Shown: positions 56,866 to 64,000 of the stretch, piece after piece
Layout of the letters: every line of letters begins with the position of its first letter
Position numbering within the stretch: position 1 is the first letter of the stretch
IMG/VR virus record: IMGVR_UViG_3300028364_000013
DNA length: 64,000 bases
Direction: 5' to 3' (one strand)
DNA from: a virus
Taxonomy: Duplodnaviria > Caudoviricetes
The notes under the pieces: model-generated
What the model saw: the letters and a program-made list of their open reading frames with translations, nothing else
What the model was told of the DNA's origin: nothing
The model's database searches: none
Program-made: the position numbers and the translations under genes

Positions 56866-56937
56866 GTAGACAATGAGAGACACATCTACTACCCCAGAAC
56901 TGAAAAACTTATGGCAGGGTTAATCCACTCCTGCCCC
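56866..56937 (+). ncRNA. candidate sRNA, AATCCAC-CCTGCC subfamily (copy G)
   Basis: own pA; GGCAGG-GTTAATCCACT-CCTGCC stem-loop. Confidence 0.5.
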
Positions 56938-57039
56938 AAACTTTTTTGCCCAATTTATTATTTGAGCCTGCTCCATCGAGCACGCAGTGCTTATGCAGAA
57001 TCATTCTTAATAAGCATCATTTAAAAAGTTACAATTTTA

Positions 57040-57068
57040 TAGAACATTTGTTGATAACTTACGTATAA
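57040..57068 (+). promoter_or_regulatory. class B promoter at right island edge
   Basis: TAGAAC-N16-CGTATAA next to a degenerate minus-strand pA. Confidence 0.7.
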
Positions 57069-57446
57069 GATAATACTAAGTAACTAACGAAAAAACACAT
57101 TATGAAAAATTACTGACATATAGAAATCTCCAAAACTTTTTAAGCAAACACCGACCATGCTCTGAACTCGTTTCTTAGCTCTTCTACGCACGCCATGCTT
57201 AGTGGTCCAATATGCGCTTAAGAATCCTAAAGATTTCTTAGATTATTTCCCATAATTTCTATGACAGTATTTTGCACCTTCGGATGCAAGACTAAATAGG
57301 ACGACCCAGAGCTCGACTTGCTTCTTGCACTCAAGCTTTGGTATAGTCCTATTTTTTAGAAATTTAGGTGATGCACATGTACGAACAATTTCAATATCGC
57401 CTAAATTTTGGAAATTTGGATGGTTGAGAAAATTCAGTACTATGGT

Positions 57447-57620
57447 GTGGGGAAATGTGGGATGTGCAGCACCGAATATTAAACTACCTCTTTTCGATGT
57501 TTTTAATACCTAACTATCTGATTATTAGAAAAAATAGTTATTAACATTACCAACCTTTCCCTAAATGCACCCCCTAAATTTCCATTTTTTAGGCTATTAT
57601 TTTATCCCACATTTCCCCAC
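57447..57620. repeat. 17-bp perfect inverted repeat in non-coding region
   Basis: GTGGGGAAATGTGGGAT (57447-57463) / ATCCCACATTTCCCCAC (57604-57620). Confidence 0.85.
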
Positions 57621-58018
57621 CCTCCACCACATAAAATTGCACCCTCTCCCGCTCCCTCCCAGCTCTCCCCAGAATCGACCTCAAATATTACCCACTTCTC
57701 CCTGATTTTATACCCCTAATATAAGCTGCTGGTTGGGGATAAAACTATGCCAATCCAGAGACAAAATCCCCTTATCTCCCCAGAGATATTACCCAGGTCA
57801 TCGTGACATATTTACACCCCTCCCCTTGCTCACTCTGACGTTTCACAACTCTCCCTATGCAAATTGTTATAAATTTAGAAAATGCCTATACAATACATCT
57901 ATTTAATGTTTCTATTTAATCGTGATGCTCTGGGTACAATCTGCTCCTGCAGAATCAAAATATCCCTATACAAAAAAAGGAGAACTGCTTTCACAACTCT
58001 CCCTATTAATAACGCAAA

Positions 58019-58131
58019 TTATAATGACAGGACTCGAACCTGCAGCTAACTGAACCATTCAGTCGGATGGAGTCGAACCATCACTTCCTCTACCAGTAGG
58101 GTAGGTCGGATACCAATTTCGACACATTACA
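58019..58131 (-). ncRNA. tRNA-like RNA with two TPsiC-type arms
   Basis: TGTAATG/CATTATA acceptor, D arm with TGGTA, GATGG-TTCGACT-CCATC and GCAGG-TTCGAGT-CCTGT. Confidence 0.6.
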
Positions 58132-58134
58132 ATA

Positions 58135-58563
58135 TTACATTAATCTTCTATCAATATATTTACCTCCAGACCAAATCTCTACCTTGTTACTATCTTTAAT
58201 TAATTTAATTTCAGTTTCTCCTTCTGAAAAAAGAAATTTAACTAATGATTCTAAATCGTTTGGTTTAATTTGTTCTGGCTTTAGTTCATCTACCACAGAT
58301 ACTTGTACTGAATTTAAAAACCATTCCCAGCGTTCCTTTACAAAGCCTTTTGCTTCTTCTAAGGATTCAAATGACTCGCTTTCATTTGCTGTATCATTTT
58401 GCATGGTTGGAAAGTGGCAAGTAACAAAAAAAGCGACCTCACCTTTAACTTCCAATCTGGTTATCCAGGCAATCCTAATATTATTGTAAGATGCTGTTCT
58501 TGCCCACCTACCCATTTTATCTGGTTGGTCTGTGCTGCTGTATCTATTCGAGTATTCAATCAT
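58135..58563 (-). CDS. hypothetical protein
   Basis: ORF from MIEYSNRY. Confidence 0.75.
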   Translation of the reverse strand: MIEYSNRYSSTDQPDKMGRWARTASYNNIRIAWITRLEVKGEVAFFVTCHFPTMQNDTANESESFESLEEAKGFVKERWEWFLNSVQVSVVDELKPEQIKPNDLESLVKFLFSEGETEIKLIKDSNKVEIWSGGKYIDRRLM

Positions 58564-58909
58564 TTTTTTTAAGTTTGCACCATAGTTGACCACTCTTGTC
58601 TCTTGTGGTATTAATTTGTTCAACGTACCCTCTATCTCTATATGGAGATTCCTTAGAGAAAGGAATGGTTGAAATTGTTTCCATCTCAAACTCTATTGGA
58701 AAATATTTTTTAGATTGTTCTAAATACATAGGAATGTCTTTGTCTACGAAGAATGTAGATGCTACTATGTTATTAACTTGCGGGCTTTTAACATAATCAG
58801 CATCGCCAGAATGATATATTTTATTCGTAAAAGAATCGTGGTAATACCCTTTTATATCAGCAATTTCATCAACTACAACTGTTCCTTGTGGTAATTTAAT
58901 TCTTTTCAT
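58556..58909 (-). CDS. hypothetical protein
   Basis: ORF. Confidence 0.75.
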   Translation of the reverse strand: MKRIKLPQGTVVVDEIADIKGYYHDSFTNKIYHSGDADYVKSPQVNNIVASTFFVDKDIPMYLEQSKKYFPIEFEMETISTIPFSKESPYRDRGYVEQINTTRDKSGQLWCKLKKND

Positions 58910-58952
58910 TGTTCTTTTTATTAAAAATAAATAAATTTGGAATTCACCTTTA

Positions 58953-59402
58953 CTACGCTTTAATCTTATCTATGATTTCGTTAGCCAATTCAAGCTGTGT
59001 TTTTGCGTGGTCAAAGATTTCCTTTGTAATAACTTCTGCTCCATACAATTCATCTGCAGACATATTATCATTACAATCTCTAAGAGCATTCTTTATGTTT
59101 GAGAACTGAACTTTCTCTCCTATGACATCATAGAGTTGTTCCCATTCAGTATCCATGCTTCCAGGCTTAATGCTATCAATTCTAATGTAGTCAACATCAA
59201 GTCCGAATGTGGCATCCTCATCTCTCACTTTTATATATACACCAGTGAAGTCGCTGCATACTTTATCATCATTGCTTAGTTTAGCCTTACGCTCTGCCTC
59301 AAGCTCTTTACCAAACTTATCGACAAGTTGTGCCACTGTAATAGATTTAATGTCTTCAGGGGCATCTTTAAGCATTCTCCATATTCTTGACTTATTTTTC
59401 AT
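58953..59402 (-). CDS. hypothetical protein
   Basis: ORF. Confidence 0.8.
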   Translation of the reverse strand: MKNKSRIWRMLKDAPEDIKSITVAQLVDKFGKELEAERKAKLSNDDKVCSDFTGVYIKVRDEDATFGLDVDYIRIDSIKPGSMDTEWEQLYDVIGEKVQFSNIKNALRDCNDNMSADELYGAEVITKEIFDHAKTQLELANEIIDKIKA

Positions 59403-59403
59403 C

Positions 59404-59790
59404 TTATAATTTTTTAAAAGAAGACAGTGCGCTTTCTAAGTCAGCATCAAACTGTTCCTTTGTTCTTGTGTAGTAATCTTCCTCCAGTAGCATTCTACTT
59501 ATTTCTGCAGCCTTACTTTTTTCTTCTCTATTAATATGGTTTTCAATCATACTAACTCTTACATTAAACCTTTCAACTATGCACTCCATGCTTTGATAAA
59601 CACAAGTAACTTCAAGTTCATATACATCTCCTTTTTTATTGTATTGATTGCCTTCCCACGTAACAAAAGTTGGAACTATTCTAATAGCTCTTCTAACTCC
59701 TGTCTGAAAACAATAGAATGGTTTTTCTGGAATGAATATTTCAGTTTCTTCTACTGGAACTTTCTCGTATTCGTATGTAGTTATCTTCAT
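59404..59790 (-). CDS. hypothetical protein
   Basis: ORF. Confidence 0.8.
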   Translation of the reverse strand: MKITTYEYEKVPVEETEIFIPEKPFYCFQTGVRRAIRIVPTFVTWEGNQYNKKGDVYELEVTCVYQSMECIVERFNVRVSMIENHINREEKSKAAEISRMLLEEDYYTRTKEQFDADLESALSSFKKL

Positions 59791-59796
59791 GTCTTC

Positions 59797-60231
59797 TTAT
59801 GAATTTTGTTTAAAGATTTCTGCAGACATTACAATAGAGCAATCTTCTTGAATTCCTTTTACTATAGCATCAATTGATTTCTTAAATCCTTGAATATCTA
59901 CTTCACCGTTTTGGTCTAAGTAATTTTTCAAAAACAATTTACATTCAAGAGAATTAATCATTGACGTATCTATTTCTGATATATGAACAGTTTCAACAGT
60001 ATGGTCATGTATATTATTTTTTTCAAGTGTATAGATACCACACCCATCTGACTCAAAGCCTTTATTTCTAAGTGACTTTTGAACTCCTGCAGCAGCGCTA
60101 TACTTAGATGGTGGGTCAACAGTTACTTCAATAGAGTATAGACTATCCTTAACTCTAACTCCACCTTGTTCAATACCCATAGAGTATTCGTCCTCAATAG
60201 TTTCTAATAGTGTTCTAAAATCTTCAAACAT
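59797..60231 (-). CDS. hypothetical protein
   Basis: ORF after pB. Confidence 0.8.
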   Translation of the reverse strand: MFEDFRTLLETIEDEYSMGIEQGGVRVKDSLYSIEVTVDPPSKYSAAAGVQKSLRNKGFESDGCGIYTLEKNNIHDHTVETVHISEIDTSMINSLECKLFLKNYLDQNGEVDIQGFKKSIDAIVKGIQEDCSIVMSAEIFKQNS

Positions 60232-60251
60232 AGTTAATTATTTATAATCTA

Positions 60252-60280
60252 TTATACGCAAGAAATTTAGAAATGTTCTA
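60252..60280 (-). promoter_or_regulatory. class B ECF-like promoter
   Basis: identical 30-mer to the 62418 copy. Confidence 0.75.
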
Positions 60281-60303
60281 AAATTTATCTTATAAAAGTT
60301 TAA

Positions 60304-61383
60304 TTAGTATTTAAGCTTCACCACTTTGGATACAATATCATTCCAGATTAATTCAGCTTCTTTACGCCTTGTCCTATGCGTGTTGCAATTAAAACACTGA
60401 CTCTCTTTACCAGATAGAAATTCGTAGCTAACACTTTTTGTGTATCCTGTCGTAATGAATTCTTCGAATCTAAGTTCTATCTTATCCTGGATGCCTTGGT
60501 CTAACAGAAATTTAAAAGTTTTCTGTATCATCTCAGATTTAGACTTAGATTTTCCATCTCTCATTTTACCAAGTTCTTCCAGTGGATTATTAGATACGAA
60601 ATAATAGAAAGGAGTGTTTCTAACACCTTTAATATACACTCCGAATACAGCGTGCATATTTTTATTCCAAATGTCTATAGAGGGTTCGAAATCACTTTGT
60701 ACAGAAATCTTATCTCTAAGTATAGAAATTTCCTCTGACATTTCAATAACATCTCTACCAAAGCTCATAATCTTCTGGTTCTTTTTATCAATTTCGCATT
60801 GCAATTTTTTCTCTTTATCAATGAGCCTTCCTATTCTCTTAGAGATTCTTCCTATCTCCTTATAACCTTCTTTAATCATTTTTTCGAACTTCATCTCACT
60901 ATCGTTAAGTCTTTGTTCTATTGAGCGTATTTTTAAATTGGTATAGTCATACTCTTCTTTAACAAGATGTAAGTCTATATGACTATCGTAGTCCTTAAAT
61001 TTAACTCCAGTCATCTCTAACTTTCCATACTGGTTTTCAATAAGGTGATTTACTTTTTCAAAGTCAAATTCTTTTGTAAGATGTTTTTTGGATAAACCCA
61101 GTTTATTGGATGGAATAGAGGAATTATATTTTGGCTTGAACTTACCTATGAAATATGCCTCCAAGTTATTTAGGTGGATGTTGTCTTCAACTATTATGTA
61201 AGCTACTCCATCAAAAGTTTTATCATTGTGCCCGCCAAAAGACCTTGATATTACGTTAAGGGATTGTCCAACGTAAACAACTCTATTATCGTGTACGAGA
61301 AAGTATATACCAGAGCCTCCACTAATATTAGAATCCTTAGATGATGAAATAACATCCTTATGATTTACTTTTGTTATTGCCAT
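60304..61383 (-). CDS. GIY-YIG nuclease domain plus coiled-coil protein
   Basis: SGIYFL....VVYVGQS....R....H...LE..FI.KFKPKYN. Confidence 0.75.
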   Translation of the reverse strand: MAITKVNHKDVISSSKDSNISGGSGIYFLVHDNRVVYVGQSLNVISRSFGGHNDKTFDGVAYIIVEDNIHLNNLEAYFIGKFKPKYNSSIPSNKLGLSKKHLTKEFDFEKVNHLIENQYGKLEMTGVKFKDYDSHIDLHLVKEEYDYTNLKIRSIEQRLNDSEMKFEKMIKEGYKEIGRISKRIGRLIDKEKKLQCEIDKKNQKIMSFGRDVIEMSEEISILRDKISVQSDFEPSIDIWNKNMHAVFGVYIKGVRNTPFYYFVSNNPLEELGKMRDGKSKSKSEMIQKTFKFLLDQGIQDKIELRFEEFITTGYTKSVSYEFLSGKESQCFNCNTHRTRRKEAELIWNDIVSKVVKLKY

Positions 61384-62411
61384 GCCTTATTATAAATTTC
61401 ACAATTATGAATTGCCATAACCACATCTCTCATAGAATAGAATCTATATCTACTGCTTCCTCCATCATTGTCATAATCATATTCAGCATTAGGATTTTCT
61501 TCAGCACAAGTTTCTTGTGGGTGGGCTACATAATCTTTCTTAGCGTAATGTTCTTTTAATTCTGACACTGGATAGTATTTCATACTAAACAAAGCGTAGG
61601 CATCAGAGTAATCTGCTGGACAAATTGCATACTTTACTTCCCCATTGTTATCAGATAGATAAATTACTTTAAACTTTGGATTTATGTTTTCACTGGATAC
61701 TGTCAGTTTTTTATCTGCCTTATCAATAATATTTTGAAGTCTTGTCTCTATTGTTATAAAGTCAATCACTTTAATTTCATCTACGAAAAAGTTTCTTGGA
61801 TAGTCACTATTAGATTTTGTGTATCCGCTTATGTGCAATGCTTCAACTTTACCTGCACCAACAAAGTTTATAGGATATATAACTCTTTCGCTTCCTTTGT
61901 ATGTTATGTTAATATAAGAGTTTTCATCTATGGCTTTTTGAATTGAATCAATTGTATTTTTTACTTGCTTTGTTATTATGAATTCTCTTACTGGAGCTTT
62001 TGGTTTTGGCTTGGGTTTAATTATTTCTTCAAAAGCCTTGCATGCATCAATTGTATTTTTAATTTCTTTTCTTGATTGCTCCAGCAGTATTGTTAATTTG
62101 TCACGTTTCTTGTTTACAATATATTCATCTACCTCTTTAGTTTTATCAAAAGCCTGTTCAAGCATTTCTTGAAGTTTACAGTTCTCTCTGTAGTTAAAAT
62201 CTTTTATAAGGATTGACTGCTCCTTTAGGAGTGTTTTAAGTTTGCTACAGTTTTCTTCGAGGTGTGACAAGAAGTAATCTTCACTATGGGAACAACTATA
62301 CTTATTTGCATATGTTTCTTTACCAGTTCTCTTATACATTAGATTATCGAACATCGTTATTTTGGAACGTGTTCCATTGTATATTTTAAAGAAATAATTG
62401 CTTAAATTCAT
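61374..62411 (-). CDS. WYL-domain protein
   Basis: AIDENSYINITY...RVIYP.......EA.......RNFFVDEI. Confidence 0.65.
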   Translation of the reverse strand: MNLSNYFFKIYNGTRSKITMFDNLMYKRTGKETYANKYSCSHSEDYFLSHLEENCSKLKTLLKEQSILIKDFNYRENCKLQEMLEQAFDKTKEVDEYIVNKKRDKLTILLEQSRKEIKNTIDACKAFEEIIKPKPKPKAPVREFIITKQVKNTIDSIQKAIDENSYINITYKGSERVIYPINFVGAGKVEALHISGYTKSNSDYPRNFFVDEIKVIDFITIETRLQNIIDKADKKLTVSSENINPKFKVIYLSDNNGEVKYAICPADYSDAYALFSMKYYPVSELKEHYAKKDYVAHPQETCAEENPNAEYDYDNDGGSSRYRFYSMRDVVMAIHNCEIYNKAWQ

Positions 62412-62417
62412 ATATTA

Positions 62418-62446
62418 TTATACGCAAGAAATTTAGAAATGTTCTA
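62418..62446 (-). promoter_or_regulatory. class B ECF-like promoter
   Basis: TAGAAC-N16-CGTATAA. Confidence 0.75.
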
Positions 62447-62534
62447 TTTTTATGACACAACAGCCTCTTTCTCTTTGCTAAGATAGAATTCTTTGTGCAT
62501 GTTTTTTATAAAATTCATTGTTGTAATTTTTTTG

Positions 62535-62804
62535 TTAAAGTCTTACCTTACTCTTAAGAGAGGTTTTGATGGTATCGTACTTGCTTTCAAACAACAGAGG
62601 GAAGTTTGATGGCATGGCAGTTTCTTCTATGACTGTTTCATAAAAGTATCTTCTTTCAGTGTCTGGGTCTTCTATTCTTGAAAGGCTCACGCTTTCTTCT
62701 ACAGTATAAGTGTATGTGTTTGTGTTTCCTTTGGTCCATGCTATTAGGTGAATCATAAAAACGCCTATGACCAATGACAATAATGTTCTATTTAAGTTTT
62801 TCAT
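62535..62804 (-). CDS. hypothetical membrane/secreted protein
   Basis: N-terminal hydrophobic segment. Confidence 0.7.
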   Translation of the reverse strand: MKNLNRTLLSLVIGVFMIHLIAWTKGNTNTYTYTVEESVSLSRIEDPDTERRYFYETVIEETAMPSNFPLLFESKYDTIKTSLKSKVRL

Positions 62805-62808
62805 AATT

Positions 62809-63624
62809 TTATCTTCTTCTGGTGTAACGTGTGTTCCAAACTTCATCTGAAGTTCTATTATAAAGTTTCATGTCGCCATCATTAAACATAATGAGCAGAG
62901 TAAGCATTGACATTCCAAATGACATAAGCAAAATCCAAATCAAGTTTAAATATTGATGCCATTCTCCAGTGAATCCATTGAATAATACTCCAAACACTGT
63001 TGATATGATTACAGTCCATGCAGACATTAATACTGAAGTCATTGATGATGTTGATTCATAGAATATTCCCTTAAGTCTTCTTAGGGATGAGAACTCTTCT
63101 TTTCCCCACTTGTGAATGAAGACAAACTTTTCTAATTCACCACGCTCTGTTCTAACTTTGTACACAAGTATTAGGTCTGTCTTGGCTGATGGCTTTGCAT
63201 CTGAGTACTCCAGGTCGAATGAGTTCTCTGGAGCGATGATGTAGAATGACTCACTTACTGCTCCAATCTCTGGGTGCTCGGCTACAAATGCCTTAAGCTT
63301 TTCAGCAACTTCTGTATCGAGGTCTCCTCTAAAGTGTTTTGTTGGCAAGAGTCTAAGGTCATACTTAATGCATATATCCTTAATCTCTTCTTCAGTAAAT
63401 ACAAAGCCCTTATAGGTATCTTCAAGGTTCTTTCTATCTATCTCAAGTCCTTTGATTTTCTCAGCTTCCTTAATGTCGTGGTCAAGACCAGTTCTTTTAA
63501 GGATTTCTCTATCACCGTCTTCTCCAGACATAAGAAGTTTAACTGAAGGAACGTTCTCTGTCTTATCAACAGACATTTGTCTCTTACTTTCCAGTTCTTC
63601 CTTTATTCCTTTTATTTCGCTCAT
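62809..63624 (-). CDS. hypothetical protein with two C-terminal TM segments
   Basis: ORF from MSEIKG. Confidence 0.8.
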   Translation of the reverse strand: MSEIKGIKEELESKRQMSVDKTENVPSVKLLMSGEDGDREILKRTGLDHDIKEAEKIKGLEIDRKNLEDTYKGFVFTEEEIKDICIKYDLRLLPTKHFRGDLDTEVAEKLKAFVAEHPEIGAVSESFYIIAPENSFDLEYSDAKPSAKTDLILVYKVRTERGELEKFVFIHKWGKEEFSSLRRLKGIFYESTSSMTSVLMSAWTVIISTVFGVLFNGFTGEWHQYLNLIWILLMSFGMSMLTLLIMFNDGDMKLYNRTSDEVWNTRYTRRR

Positions 63625-63731
63625 AATTTTGTTTTTATAACCACTGTACAATCATGCACAATAGCATTATTATTTAACATACGACTAACACTGTTATCGT
63701 GTTGTCTTTTGGTTCTTTATTTTTCATCGTG

Positions 63732-64000
63732 TTATTTTAAAATAATTCCTCTATATGATTCCCTTTTTAGGAATATAAAACCATCTTCTTTTGCATACAC
63801 CATAAGAGAGCATTCTCCTTTGTAATGTTCACCTGGGTCAACTCTTGAGTAAACCTTTGTCAATGCGCCAGAATGGTCATAGAATAAATCCTCATTAAGG
63901 ATAAGCATTTTATATTTAAGTCTTCCATCATCTGACTCTACAGGCTCATATATGAAGCAGCTGATTACATCCTCTTCTAATATAATCTTTCTACCGATTA
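63732..64000 (-). CDS. hypothetical protein (5' partial)
   Basis: open frame running off the window edge. Confidence 0.7.
   Translation of the reverse strand, partial: IGRKIILEEDVISCFIYEPVESDDGRLKYKMLILNEDLFYDHSGALTKVYSRVDPGEHYKGECSLMVYAKEDGFIFLKRESYRGIILK

Noticed and set aside
13400-57000. Most minus-strand ORFs in the island
   Set aside because: Antisense shadows of plus-strand genes, with Phe/Ser/Leu-rich composition and no promoter support.
14360-57024. ORF-track entries or N-terminal extensions reading CNFLN..RYT (14360, 17967, 18309, 19331, 20648, 24641, 28724, 30686, 33711, 35181, 38660, 56632)
   Set aside because: They are translations of the promoter motif itself; true starts lie downstream.
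57884-57914. Additional class B promoter on the minus strand
   Set aside because: Both elements deviate (TAGAAAC; TGTATAG) and no gene follows.
1-64000. Genome-wide TAG recoding (genetic code 15)
   Set aside because: Long ORFs are intact under code 11, and TAG ends several genes directly before promoters. Only one internal TAG was noticed.

Overview
64 kb segment of a large, AT-rich (roughly one-third GC, by eye) lytic dsDNA phage genome. The host is most likely Bacteroidota: five TTTG-N20-TAnnTT(T/C)G housekeeping-sigma promoters, A-rich leaders with no Shine-Dalgarno, a Bacteroidota-type lipoprotein and an Hc1-like protein. No capsid, terminase or polymerase genes are present. About 130 mostly small hypothetical ORFs; recognisable products are an ECF sigma factor, a RadA/Sms-like ATPase, two ParB-like proteins, a SprT-like protease, a kinase-like protein, HNH, GIY-YIG and zinc-finger/PD-(D/E)xK endonucleases, WYL and DUF932 proteins, and several unusual tRNAs. 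The dominant structure is a 44 kb island (13.0-57.0 kb) with about 74 copies (counted by eye) of an ECF-type promoter, TGTAACTTTTT-N10-CGTTATA (class A, pA), including one directly upstream of the ECF sigma gene. Ten copies of a second ECF-like promoter, TAGAAC-N16-CGTATAA (class B, pB), are also present. Other signals: a family of eight promoter-driven small RNA candidates, a strand-polarised TCTCCC motif, integron attC-like cassette sites, and a tandem array of small ORFs sharing a C-terminal [HY]C tag. Several frameshifts in homopolymer runs look like sequencing errors. All annotations come from reading the sequence; no searches were run.
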